Below are positions 1 through 9,350 of a stretch of DNA of 44,020 nucleotides, piece after piece. The translations under genes and the position numbers were made by a program. Position 1 is the first letter of the stretch. Each line of letters begins with the position of its first letter. The notes under the pieces were generated by a model. It was given only the letters and a program-made list of their open reading frames with translations, was not told the DNA's origin and did no database searches. The stretch spans positions 1 through 44,020 of the forward strand of contig CACXCJ010000055.1 in NCBI GenBank assembly GCA_902766175.1. The letters run 5' to 3'. Source of the stretch: an uncultured Lachnospiraceae bacterium (GTDB taxonomy: Bacteria > Bacillota > Clostridia > Lachnospirales > Lachnospiraceae).

Positions 1-11
1 CCGGACGCGCC

Positions 12-1349
12 TCACCGCGCGATGTTCACGAAGCGCGTGATCTCCGGCTTCCACAGGAGGTTCACCGTCCCGACGGGGCCGTTTCTCTGCTTGGCGATCA
101 TGACCTCCGCCTCGTTCGGGTTCTTGCAGTCCTTGTCATAGTACCCCTCCCGGTACAGAAACATGACGACATCCGCATCCTGCTCGATCGCGCCGGACTC
201 GCGGAGATCCGAGAGCATGGGGTGATGATCCTGCCGCTGCTCGCAGGCGCGCGAGAGCTGGGACAGGGCGATCACCGGTGCCTGCATCTCCCGCGCAAGC
301 GCCTTCAGGTTCCGCGAGATATCGGAGATCTCCTGCTGGCGGCTGTCGCTCTGCTTTCCGCTGCCGCTCATGAGCTGCAGGTAGTCGATCACCACAAGGT
401 CCAGTCCCGTCTCAAGCTTCCGCTTCCTGCATTTGCTGCGGAGCTCCCCGATGCTGATGCCGGGCGTGTCATCGATCACGAGATTCCGCGAGTCGCTCAC
501 GCGGACCGCAGCCTCCAAGAGAAGCTCGAAGTCCGAGGGCGTGAGGTTTCCGTTTCTCAGCTTCTGCGCGTCGATCCCGGACTCCATCGCAAGCAGGCGG
601 TTCACCAGCTGCTCCTTGCTCATCTCGAGGGAAAAGAGCATGCAGCTGTACTTTTTCCGGATTGCGGTGTGCTGGATGATGTTCAGGACAAACGCCGTCT
701 TCCCCATCGAGGGGCGCGCTGCGATCAGCACGAGATCCGACGGATGCAGGCCGCTCGTCTTGTTGTCGAGGTCAATGAAGCCCGTCGGGATGCCAGTCAC
801 CGCGGCGCCGTTCATATAGGCCTCCTGGATTTTTTCCATGACATCCACGGTGACCTTGTCAATCGGGACCAGGCCCTCGGCGCCCTTCGCCTGCAGGACC
901 CGGAAGATCTTCTCCTCCGTCTCGTTCAGGACCGTCTCGGTGTCGGTGCTGTCCTCGTAGCAGACATTCTCGATCTCCTCGTTCACCTTGATCAGGCGGC
1001 GCTTCACCGCCTTGTCGTGGACGATCTTCGCGTAGCTCTTCACGTGCGCGGAAGTCGGCACATTGTCCACAATCGCGCGCAGAAACTCGACGCTCGAGAC
1101 CTCAGGCGGGACATCCTTTTCCTTCAGCCTGTCCGCGACCGTGATGAGATCGACCGTCTTGCCCTCGTTGAAGAGCTCCTCAATGCACTCGAACAGGGCG
1201 CCGTACTGCCTGGAATAAAAATCATCCGCGGTGCAGATCTCCAGGGCAGACGCCACCGCGTCCTTGTCCAGAAGCATGGACCCCAGCACGGACTGCTCCG
1301 CGTCGAGGTTATGCGGCATCACCCGCCTTAAAATGCTCTCGCTGCTCAT
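12..1349 (-). CDS. dnaB: Replicative DNA helicase
   Basis: N-terminal PHNLDAEQSVLG, Walker A AARPSMGKT, FSLEMS, VVIDYLQL, LSQLSR, DLRESGAIEQDAD, KQRNGP; start overlaps rplI stop. Confidence 0.98.
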   Translation of the reverse strand: MSSESILRRVMPHNLDAEQSVLGSMLLDKDAVASALEICTADDFYSRQYGALFECIEELFNEGKTVDLITVADRLKEKDVPPEVSSVEFLRAIVDNVPTSAHVKSYAKIVHDKAVKRRLIKVNEEIENVCYEDSTDTETVLNETEEKIFRVLQAKGAEGLVPIDKVTVDVMEKIQEAYMNGAAVTGIPTGFIDLDNKTSGLHPSDLVLIAARPSMGKTAFVLNIIQHTAIRKKYSCMLFSLEMSKEQLVNRLLAMESGIDAQKLRNGNLTPSDFELLLEAAVRVSDSRNLVIDDTPGISIGELRSKCRKRKLETGLDLVVIDYLQLMSGSGKQSDSRQQEISDISRNLKALAREMQAPVIALSQLSRACEQRQDHHPMLSDLRESGAIEQDADVVMFLYREGYYDKDCKNPNEAEVMIAKQRNGPVGTVNLLWKPEITRFVNIAR

Positions 1350-1795
1350 CAGGCCTCCACGACTTTTACCTTGAGCTTCGCCTGTACTTCCCTGTGCAGC
1401 TTCACCGCCGCCTCATAGGCTCCGAACGCCTTGATCGGCTCCGCGAGGACAATCTTCTTCCGGTCGATGTCCATGCCGAGCTGCTTCTTCGCCGCCTCCG
1501 CGATTTCCTTGCTTGTGACGGAGCCGTACGTCTTTCCGTTCTCCCCGCCCTTCAGCGGGATGGTCACGGTTCCGGCCTCGATCTTCTCCGCGAGCTGCTT
1601 CGCCTCCGCGAGCTGCTCCGCGGCGATGCGCTCCTCATTCGCCTTCTTCAGCTTCATCGTGTTCATGTTCTCGGCAGTCGCCGGTGCGCCGAGCTTTCTC
1701 GGAAGGAGGAAATTTCTCGCGTATCCCTCCGATACCTCCACCAGCGCGCCCTTCTTTCCAAGTGCCTTCACATCCTGCAAGAGTATGATTTTCAT
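1349..1795 (-). CDS. rplI: 50S ribosomal protein L9
   Basis: MKIILLQDVKALGKKG..GYARNFLLP signature; 148 aa; between gdpP and dnaB. Confidence 0.98.
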   Translation of the reverse strand: MKIILLQDVKALGKKGALVEVSEGYARNFLLPRKLGAPATAENMNTMKLKKANEERIAAEQLAEAKQLAEKIEAGTVTIPLKGGENGKTYGSVTSKEIAEAAKKQLGMDIDRKKIVLAEPIKAFGAYEAAVKLHREVQAKLKVKVVEA

Positions 1796-3798
1796 GCGAT
1801 TTCACCTTTCTCAATCATTTCATCCAGAACCGCCTTGATGCGGTTCCTCGCCTCCTCCGGCGTGACGCCCTCGAGCTGTGCGCCGGATACCGTCCGGTGG
1901 CCGCCGCCGCCGAGCTTCTCCATCATGACCTGCACGTTCACCTCATCGATGGACCGCGCGCTGAGATAGAGCCTTCCGTTGTACTGCGTGATCACAATGC
2001 TCGCCTTGATGCCGACGATGTCCAGGAGGTCATTCGCCGCCTGCGCGCCGACGATCGTCGGGCTGTCGAGCCCCTCGGACGGGCACTCGCTGATCGCGAA
2101 CGCGCCGCGGTAGATCTCCGCGTTGTGCACCGCCTCCGCCTTTGCGCGGTAGTCCTCGATCTTCTCCCGGAACATCTTCCGCACGCGCGTCACATCCGCG
2201 CCGTTTCTCCGGAGAAAGGCCGCCGCCTCGAAGGTCCTGACGCCCGTCTGGTTCACGAAATTGTGCGTGTCTATGACGATGCCGGCATACATGGCATCCG
2301 CCTCCGCCGCCCTGAGCTTCACGCCGTCAGGGATGTACTGGACGATCTCGGAGACCAGCTCGCACGCGCTGGAGGCGTAGGTCTCGATGTAGGAGAGCGC
2401 CGCGCCCCGGATCGAATCCTGGCTCTGCCGGTGGTGATCCAGGACCACAACCGTCCTGGCCGCCTCGAGAAGCTTCGGCGCCTCGACAATCGCCGGCCGG
2501 TTCGTATCCACCACGACCACGACGCAGGTATCGTCAAAGAGCTTCAGCGCCTGCTCCTCGTCGAGGAACATGTCCTCCGGGTACTCGCCGCCGCGGAGGC
2601 GGTCCAGGATGGGCTTCACCGACGAATTTGCCCTGGAGAGGACGATATGCGCCTTCTTGTTCATGGCCTGTGCGATCCGCCAGATGCCGACCGCCGCGCC
2701 GACCGAATCGATGTCCGCAATCTTGTGCCCCATGATGAAGAGCTGGTCGCGGTTTTCGATCAGCTCGCGGAACGCCTGCGCCTTGACGCGCGCCTTGACG
2801 CGCGTCGATTTCTCGGTGGAGTTGGACTTCCCGCCGTAATAGCTGATGTTCTCATGGTCCTTCACGACAGCCTGGTCGCCGCCGCGGCTCAGGGCGAGAT
2901 CGATCGCCTGCCGCGCAAACTCGTAGCACTCCGCGTAGGTGGAGCCATTGTCGCCGACGCCGATGGAGAGGGTGACCCGCATCTCATTGCCGATGTTCAC
3001 CGTCTTCACCTGCTCGAGGATATCGAAGTGGTTCTGCTGCATCGCCTCCATGTGCTGGCGCTCCACCACGAAGAAGTACTTGTCCTTCTCGAGCTTCTTT
3101 GCGATCGCGTCCATCGTGTCGAAATAGCGCACAATCTTCCGCTCGATCATGGCCATGAGAAGCGAGCGGCGCACCTCGTCCACACTCTCCATGGCCTCCT
3201 CGTAGTTGTCAATGTACACCAGGCCCGCCGTGAGACGCCTGCGGTCCGCCTCCTCCTGGAGCCTGCGGATCTCCGTCTCATCGTAGAGCACCACGGCGAA
3301 AACGCGGTTCTCCGCCTCTCCCGTCCGCGTGAAGCGGATCCGGAACTCCAGATTTCCGAGCGCGAGGTGGTAGTCCGCGCTCTCTCCGATTTTCGCGAGG
3401 TCCGTGAGGCTCATCTCGGGAAAAAGATCCGAGACGCTTTTCGAGGCGCAGTGCTGCTCCTTCAGGAGCGCCCGCATGGCCCGGTTCTGCCAGAGGAAAT
3501 TCCCCCCCTGGTCCGCGAGCGCGTATGGAACGTCCAGATCCTCCGAGAGCCGCTTCTGAAGCTCGTCCATCGAGATGCCGTAGTTCACCATGGCCTTCTC
3601 GATGTTTTTCCGCTGCGAGAAGTAGAGGCGCAGGCACAGAAGCGCAGACAACAGTGTGACAAGAGCCGCCCCGATCTCCGCCTGCCTTCCTCCACAGAGG
3701 GAAAGCGCGCCGGCAGCCAGAGCAAGAAGAGCCGCTGCAAGGGGCCACCTCAGATACTTCCGGAGAAGCTCCTTTGCTTTTCTGTCTTCCTTTTTCAT
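1792..3798 (-). CDS. gdpP: Cyclic-di-AMP phosphodiesterase GdpP (2 TM, PAS-like, degenerate GGDEF, DHH/DHHA1)
   Basis: Two N-terminal hydrophobic helices, RGGDQ, MGHKIADIDS, DHH, GGGH; 4-nt overlap with rplI; conserved gdpP-rplI-dnaB order. Confidence 0.93.
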   Translation of the reverse strand: MKKEDRKAKELLRKYLRWPLAAALLALAAGALSLCGGRQAEIGAALVTLLSALLCLRLYFSQRKNIEKAMVNYGISMDELQKRLSEDLDVPYALADQGGNFLWQNRAMRALLKEQHCASKSVSDLFPEMSLTDLAKIGESADYHLALGNLEFRIRFTRTGEAENRVFAVVLYDETEIRRLQEEADRRRLTAGLVYIDNYEEAMESVDEVRRSLLMAMIERKIVRYFDTMDAIAKKLEKDKYFFVVERQHMEAMQQNHFDILEQVKTVNIGNEMRVTLSIGVGDNGSTYAECYEFARQAIDLALSRGGDQAVVKDHENISYYGGKSNSTEKSTRVKARVKAQAFRELIENRDQLFIMGHKIADIDSVGAAVGIWRIAQAMNKKAHIVLSRANSSVKPILDRLRGGEYPEDMFLDEEQALKLFDDTCVVVVVDTNRPAIVEAPKLLEAARTVVVLDHHRQSQDSIRGAALSYIETYASSACELVSEIVQYIPDGVKLRAAEADAMYAGIVIDTHNFVNQTGVRTFEAAAFLRRNGADVTRVRKMFREKIEDYRAKAEAVHNAEIYRGAFAISECPSEGLDSPTIVGAQAANDLLDIVGIKASIVITQYNGRLYLSARSIDEVNVQVMMEKLGGGGHRTVSGAQLEGVTPEEARNRIKAVLDEMIEKGEIA

Positions 3799-3845
3799 GA
3801 AACTCTCCCCGTAAACGAGATTGCCTGAAATGCTTATTCCAACGC

Positions 3846-3875
3846 ATTATAGCATAGAAGCACACTTCTTCACAA
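3846..3875 (-). promoter_or_regulatory. Putative sigma70 promoter of gdpP-rplI-dnaB
   Basis: Minus strand extended -10 TGcTATAAT (hexamer 3851-3846); TTGTGA at 3875-3870 with 18-nt spacer. Confidence 0.6.
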
Positions 3876-3897
3876 TCAAACCGGCGTGTGTTATCAT
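3869..3897 (+). promoter_or_regulatory. Putative sigma70 promoter of ybaK-pbp
   Basis: TTCACA (3869-3874), 17-nt spacer, TGtTATCAT (hexamer 3892-3897). Confidence 0.65.
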
Positions 3898-3903
3898 ATT
3901 GAC

Positions 3904-4389
3904 ATGTCTAAGAATAACAGTGATAAAACCAATGTATGCCGCCTTCTGGATGCGGCGAAGATTCCCTACACAGAGCACAGCTTTCCGCCGGAGGCAGCGG
4001 TGAGCGCGGAGGATGTCGCGGCATTTCTCGGCGAAGATCCGAAGCGGGTCTTCAAGACGCTCGTGACCGTCGGAAAAAGCGGCCGCTTCTACGTGTTCGT
4101 GATTCCGGGCCCCGGGGAGCTGGACCTAAAGAAGGCCGCCTCCGCAGTCGGGGAGAAGTCCGTCGAGATGCTGAAGCAGAAGGATCTTCTTCCTCTCACC
4201 GGCTACATTCACGGCGGCTGCTCGCCGATCGGCATGAAGAAGTTCTTCCGGACCACCCTTCACCAGAGCGCGGCGGATTTTGACACGATCTTTATCTCTG
4301 CGGGCAGACGCGGCCGCCAGGTGGAAATCTCTGCGGAAAATCTCGCAAAAATCATCCGCTTCGAGCTGAAGGATCTCATAAAATCCTGA
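3904..4389 (+). CDS. ybaK: Cys-tRNA(Pro) deacylase YbaK/EbsC
   Basis: KTNVCRLLD, VFKTLVT, LDLKKAA, TGYIHGGCSPIGMKK, SAGRRG; start taken at ATG 3904. Confidence 0.93.
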   Translation: MSKNNSDKTNVCRLLDAAKIPYTEHSFPPEAAVSAEDVAAFLGEDPKRVFKTLVTVGKSGRFYVFVIPGPGELDLKKAASAVGEKSVEMLKQKDLLPLTGYIHGGCSPIGMKKFFRTTLHQSAADFDTIFISAGRRGRQVEISAENLAKIIRFELKDLIKS

Positions 4390-4434
4390 GATTCCTGCCG
4401 GGTGTCTGTCCCGGCGGCGCAGGAGGCGCATTTC

Positions 4435-6924
4435 ATGGCACAAAGATACTCGGACGAGCGCCGGAGCAGAAGACACCGGCGGAGAAGACACCCGTTTTTC
4501 ACCTTCCTGAAGGCGGTACTGCTCCTCATGATGGTCGCCGTGCTCGCGGCGGGCGGATACGCGGCCTACCGGGTCTACCCGGAATTCGGCAGAATTCAGG
4601 AGACCGTGATGGAGACCTGCTCCCACATGAGCGAGGATGACTTCCGCATGGTGACAGACACGGAGGTGTACGACAAGGACGGGAACAAGGTCGGCGTCAT
4701 CAATACGGGCCACTACGAGTACGTCGCGTTTGACGACATCAGCCCGTGGATCAAGAAGGCCTACATCGACCAGGAGGACCGGCGCTTCTACTCTCACCAC
4801 GGCGTGGACTTCGTGGCCATGTTCCGCGTGCTGCTGGTCTATCTGAAGAACCACAGGATCACGCAGGGCGGCTCCACCATCACCCAGCAGGTCATCAAGA
4901 ACACCTATCTCACCCAGGAGAGGACCATCGAGCGTAAGCTCACGGAGATCCTGATTGCGCCGCAGCTGGAGCGGCGGTTCAGCAAGGACAAGATCCTGGA
5001 GTTCTACTGCAACGGCAACTTCTACGCGCACGGCTGCTACGGCGTCGGCGCCGCGAGCCGCTACTACTTCGGAAAAAGCGCATCCGGCCTGGAGCCGTGG
5101 GAAGCGGCCGTTCTGGTCGGCATTTCCAACCGCCCGTCGAGCTACGATCCCGTGAAGCATCCCGAGGAGTCCACGAAAAAGCGGAACGAAGTCCTGAACA
5201 GCATGTATGAGTGCGGGGACCTCACCAAACAGGAGCTCGAGGAGTACCAGTCGATGCCGCTCGAGATCGTGCAGGAGCGCGAGCCCGACAGTCCGGAGAA
5301 CTACCAGACCGGCTACGCGATCTACTGCGCGGCACTCCAGCTCATGAAGAACGACGGCTTTGACTTCCAGTACTACTTCTCCACGAAGAGCGAGTACGAC
5401 GCGTACCAGGCGTCCTACAAGGAGGCCTTCGCCGAAAAGAGCGAGGCGATCCGCTCCGGCGGCTACAAAATCTACACGACGCTCGACAGCGGGATCCAGG
5501 AAATTCTGCAGAACCAAATCGACAGCACGCTCGACAAAAGGTCTGATGAGCGCGCGGAAAATGGCAAATATGCCCTGCAGGGCGCGGGCGTCGTGGTGGA
5601 CAACCAGACGAATTCTGTGGCGGCGGTCGTCGGCGGACGCGGGACGGACGACGAGTATAACCGCGCCTTTCTCTCCATGCGCCAGCCCGGCTCCTCGATC
5701 AAGCCGCTCCTGGACTACGCACCCGCCTTTGAGACCGGCTATTTCTACCCGTCCTACGTGATCCGCGACTACAAGTTCGAGGGGGGACCGGAGAACTCCG
5801 GCGGAAAGTACTACGGCTACCTGCCGATCCGCGAGGCGCTGAACCGCTCGCTCAACACGGTCGCGTGGCAGCTCCTGGATAAGATCGGCATCAGCACAGG
5901 CCTCTCCTACCTCGCGGAGATGGACTTCACATCCCTCTCGTGGCAGGACGACACCGCATCGGCGGTCTCCATCGGCGGCTTCACCTACGGAACCAAGGTC
6001 GTGGAGATGGCGAAGGGCTACTCAACTCTCGCGAACGGCGGCGTCTACAGCGAGCAGACCTGCCTCACGAGTCTGATCTACGACCGGACCGGCGAAGAGC
6101 TCTTCCGGGACAACGTGCAGACCACGCAGGTCTACACGGAGGGAACCGCCTACCTCATTACGGACATCCTCAAGGGGACCATGGACATGCCGTACGGGAC
6201 CGGACGCGGGCTGGATCTCGACGGACAGCAGGCGGCCGGAAAAACCGGAACCGCAAACGACTCGAAGGACACCTGGTTCTGCGGATACACGCGCTACTAC
6301 ACGACGGCCGTCTGGATGGGATATGACACTCCGCGGGCGATGCCGGGCATCTACGGCGCGACAGTCTGCGGGCAGATCTGGCACAACGTCATGACGGAGC
6401 TGCACAAGAACCTCCCCGAGAAGGACTGGGAACGCCCGGAGAGCGTGGAGGAGTGCTGGGTCGATTACGACACCGGCGCGCGCGTGGACTACAACACCGG
6501 TGAGACGGATCTCTTCAACAATGCCGTGAACCCGGAGGCAAAGTCCGCCTACGAGCAAAAGAACGGAACAGAGGCGGAAAACTCCGGCGCCCACCGCTGG
6601 CGGGAGGCGGAGGAGACCTCTGCCGCCGAGACGGAATCCTCCGAGGAGGAGAGCACGGAGGAGTCGATCTCCTATGAACACGTGACCGGAGAATACGGCG
6701 GACCCGGTGTCCTCGTGCCGGTCACAGCGCCGCCAAAGAACACCGTCGAGGAATCCGCCGGCGCCCTTCCATCCGAGGCCCCGGAGACCTCCGGAGAGCG
6801 TCCGGCCGAGACCATCGGCGCACCCGGGGAGACCGAGTCAGAGACAGCGGCACCGCTTCCGGCCGAGACCGCAACCGTAGCACCTGTGCCCGCCGCGCCG
6901 GAGGAAGCCGGCCCCGGCGCATAA
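4435..6924 (+). CDS. Class A penicillin-binding protein (transglycosylase + transpeptidase, PBP1A family)
   Basis: Arg-rich N-terminus then TM; GT51 motifs EDRRFYSHHGVD, QGGSTITQQ, RKLTE; transpeptidase SSIK, SLN, KTG; acidic Pro-rich tail; SD GGAGG before ATG 4435. Confidence 0.93.
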   Translation: MAQRYSDERRSRRHRRRRHPFFTFLKAVLLLMMVAVLAAGGYAAYRVYPEFGRIQETVMETCSHMSEDDFRMVTDTEVYDKDGNKVGVINTGHYEYVAFDDISPWIKKAYIDQEDRRFYSHHGVDFVAMFRVLLVYLKNHRITQGGSTITQQVIKNTYLTQERTIERKLTEILIAPQLERRFSKDKILEFYCNGNFYAHGCYGVGAASRYYFGKSASGLEPWEAAVLVGISNRPSSYDPVKHPEESTKKRNEVLNSMYECGDLTKQELEEYQSMPLEIVQEREPDSPENYQTGYAIYCAALQLMKNDGFDFQYYFSTKSEYDAYQASYKEAFAEKSEAIRSGGYKIYTTLDSGIQEILQNQIDSTLDKRSDERAENGKYALQGAGVVVDNQTNSVAAVVGGRGTDDEYNRAFLSMRQPGSSIKPLLDYAPAFETGYFYPSYVIRDYKFEGGPENSGGKYYGYLPIREALNRSLNTVAWQLLDKIGISTGLSYLAEMDFTSLSWQDDTASAVSIGGFTYGTKVVEMAKGYSTLANGGVYSEQTCLTSLIYDRTGEELFRDNVQTTQVYTEGTAYLITDILKGTMDMPYGTGRGLDLDGQQAAGKTGTANDSKDTWFCGYTRYYTTAVWMGYDTPRAMPGIYGATVCGQIWHNVMTELHKNLPEKDWERPESVEECWVDYDTGARVDYNTGETDLFNNAVNPEAKSAYEQKNGTEAENSGAHRWREAEETSAAETESSEEESTEESISYEHVTGEYGGPGVLVPVTAPPKNTVEESAGALPSEAPETSGERPAETIGAPGETESETAAPLPAETATVAPVPAAPEEAGPGA

Positions 6925-6947
6925 GCTGTGCCAGAGAGGTTCCGAGT

Positions 6948-8792
6948 ATGACCAGAAAAATCAAGGTTCTCGGCATCGCTCCCTACGACGGCATCAAAAC
7001 CCTGATGGAGTCTGCCGCCGCCTCCTATCCCTCGATTGACCTCACAGTCTTTGTCGGGGACCTGAACCGGGGCGTCGAGATCGCAAAACAGTACATGCAG
7101 AGCAGCTACGATGTCATCATCTCCCGGGGAGGGACCGCAGAGCTCATCGAGGAGATGACGACCATCCCCGTGGTGGAAATTCAGCTGTCTGTCTTCGACA
7201 TCTTCCGCTCCCTCCGTCTTGTGGAAAATTTTTCCGGGAGATACGCCGTCGTCGGCTTCCCGGGCATCTCGAAGCCTGCCCGCGCCCTTTTAGACCTCCT
7301 GGGGAGAAGGACGGAGGTCCGAACCGTCCACGCGGCAGGAGAGGTAAAGGGCGTCCTTCTCGACCTGAAGCGAAAGGGAGTCGTCGCTGTTCTCTGTGAC
7401 ACCGTGACCGTGAACACGGCGCACGAGCTGGGAATGAACGCGATTCTCCTGACCTCCGGCGCCGAGAGCGTCCAGGCCGCGTTCGAGCAGTCCGAGAAGA
7501 TCAGCCGCAGCTACATGGACATCCGGGAGAGGAATCACTTTCTCAGCATGATACTCCAGAACCAGGCGACCCGGGTCATGGTGTTCGACGACCAGGGAAG
7601 CCTTCTCTACTCCTCGCTCGAGGATGCTTCGGACGGCTCCCTTCTCCCGATGCTGCGGAGCGAGCTTCCGGCCTGCCGCAGGTCAAGGACGCACAAGTTC
7701 TTCAAGTCGGCGGACGGCTATCTCTACTCCGTCACCAGCCGCCAGATCGTCTTTCAGGAGCGCACCTGCATCGTCTGCTATCTCACGAGGGGCAATGCGC
7801 CGCTCTCGAACGGCAGGTACGGCATCACCTACTACAATTGCCGCGAGACCAACGACCTCTTCTTCAACAACCTCTTCAGCGTCTCGGGCACCTACGGCGA
7901 GATCCAGTCGGCGGTCTCCGCCATGAACCGCGGGCTGCTGCCGGTCATGCTGATCGGCGAGCGGGGAACCGGACACATGGCAGTCGCGGACATCATTTAC
8001 CGCGAGAGCGGCCTCTCAGACAACCCGCTCATCACGGTCGACGCGGAGCTTCTGAACGACAAGGGATGGAACTACCTGACCAATCACTACAACTCCCCTC
8101 TGAACGACAACAATAACACCATCTGCTTCAGCCACCTGGACGCCCTGGGGGAGATCCGTCTCAGGCAGCTCCTCACGATTCTCTCGGACTCGAATCTCTG
8201 CAGGAGAAACCGGGTCATTTTCTCCTGCACGGAACAGAGCAGGAAGCCCCTGAGCGGACTTCTGCAGAAATATATCGAGACCTTTTCCTGTATCCCGCTC
8301 CACCTCCCGCCGCTCAGGGAGTGCAGAAAGGACCTTCCGTCCATCGCGAGCTTCTATCTCGGAACTCTGAACGCGTCCCTCGCAAGACAGATCATCGGCT
8401 TCGAGGACGAGGCGATGGCGCTCCTCCAGGAGTACACCTGGCCTGGCAACTACACGCAGTTAAAGCGCGTCCTGAATGAGGCGGCCCTGATGACGGATAC
8501 CTCCTATATCAGCGCCGACAGTATCAGCTCTCTTCTTAAGCAGGAGCACGCGGTGGATGATGCCGCCTCCGTCTCCCAGGCTTCCGCCTCCTCCCCTTCC
8601 GGTGCTCCCGGCGCTTCTGAGGAAGCGTCCCCCAATACCCTGACGCTCCGCCTGGACCAGACGATGGAGCAGATGAATCTCGCTGTGATCGAAGCGGTGA
8701 TCTCCCGCTGCGGCGGGAACCAGAGCAGGGCCGCGAAGGAGCTCGGAATCAGCCGTACCACGATGTGGCGGATGATGAAGCGCGATTCCTGA
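6948..8792 (+). CDS. PrpR N-domain / degenerate AAA+ / Fis-HTH transcriptional regulator (copy 1)
   Basis: DVIISRGGTA (PrpR_N), WPGN, GGNQSRAAKELGISRTTMWR HTH; Walker A altered (GERGTGH); no GAFTGA. Confidence 0.88.
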   Translation: MTRKIKVLGIAPYDGIKTLMESAAASYPSIDLTVFVGDLNRGVEIAKQYMQSSYDVIISRGGTAELIEEMTTIPVVEIQLSVFDIFRSLRLVENFSGRYAVVGFPGISKPARALLDLLGRRTEVRTVHAAGEVKGVLLDLKRKGVVAVLCDTVTVNTAHELGMNAILLTSGAESVQAAFEQSEKISRSYMDIRERNHFLSMILQNQATRVMVFDDQGSLLYSSLEDASDGSLLPMLRSELPACRRSRTHKFFKSADGYLYSVTSRQIVFQERTCIVCYLTRGNAPLSNGRYGITYYNCRETNDLFFNNLFSVSGTYGEIQSAVSAMNRGLLPVMLIGERGTGHMAVADIIYRESGLSDNPLITVDAELLNDKGWNYLTNHYNSPLNDNNNTICFSHLDALGEIRLRQLLTILSDSNLCRRNRVIFSCTEQSRKPLSGLLQKYIETFSCIPLHLPPLRECRKDLPSIASFYLGTLNASLARQIIGFEDEAMALLQEYTWPGNYTQLKRVLNEAALMTDTSYISADSISSLLKQEHAVDDAASVSQASASSPSGAPGASEEASPNTLTLRLDQTMEQMNLAVIEAVISRCGGNQSRAAKELGISRTTMWRMMKRDS

Positions 8793-8866
8793 CGGAAGCA
8801 GGACAAATCCCGGCAGGGACCATGATAATACGAAAAAACTGCCCGGGCAGTTCTCCTTAAAGCGCT

Positions 8867-8909
8867 GGGACCGGCAGCCGCGGATGCGGCTGCCGGTCCC
8901 TGTTCTTCT
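8867..8909. terminator. Hairpin between convergent genes, probable terminator
   Basis: Perfect 15-bp stem GGGACCGGCAGCCGC-GGAT-GCGGCTGCCGGTCCC (8867-8900) followed by TGTTCTTCT. Confidence 0.65.
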
Positions 8910-8947
8910 CAATCTGAATTTCCGCAGCCGATCCGGCTGCTTTTTCC

Positions 8948-9322
8948 TCACGCCTGCTGTCTCCGCTTATACTCAGCGTACTCAGCGAGTGCGTGGTGAT
9001 ACGGCTTCAGCTCGATTCTCGTCTGCCCGTCCGGAAGCACCACCCAGTGGTCCTTCTCCAGGCGGCAGTCCGGATACTTCTCTCCCACCTTCCTCATGGT
9101 CGCCGCGACATCCTCCACGCCGATCGAGAGGTGGTCGAAGACGTTCTGCCCGCTCTGAAGCTCTGTCACCTCGTTTAACTGCAGGCCCTCGAGGTAGAAG
9201 ACGATCCGGTGCGGCGCCTCTCCGCTCTCGCGGTAGCGGCGCATCTCGAAGATGTCCTCGAAGAACGCCTCTGTCTTTTCAAATTCCGTCGTCCTGAGGG
9301 CGACGTGATCCAGTTCCGTCAT
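8948..9322 (-). CDS. VOC family (glyoxalase/epimerase-like) protein
   Basis: LDHVAL, FFEDIF, FDHLSI, RIEL metal-ligand pattern; 124 aa; SD AAGGGGGAG. Confidence 0.85.
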   Translation of the reverse strand: MTELDHVALRTTEFEKTEAFFEDIFEMRRYRESGEAPHRIVFYLEGLQLNEVTELQSGQNVFDHLSIGVEDVAATMRKVGEKYPDCRLEKDHWVVLPDGQTRIELKPYHHALAEYAEYKRRQQA

Positions 9323-9350
9323 AGCTCCCCCTTAAAGATAATCTGCTCCC

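Noticed and set aside
222-3828. Long plus-strand ORFs (369, 191 and 643 aa) antisense to dnaB, rplI and gdpP
   Set aside because: Shadow ORFs caused by GC-rich codon bias on the coding strand; no motifs or SD recognised.
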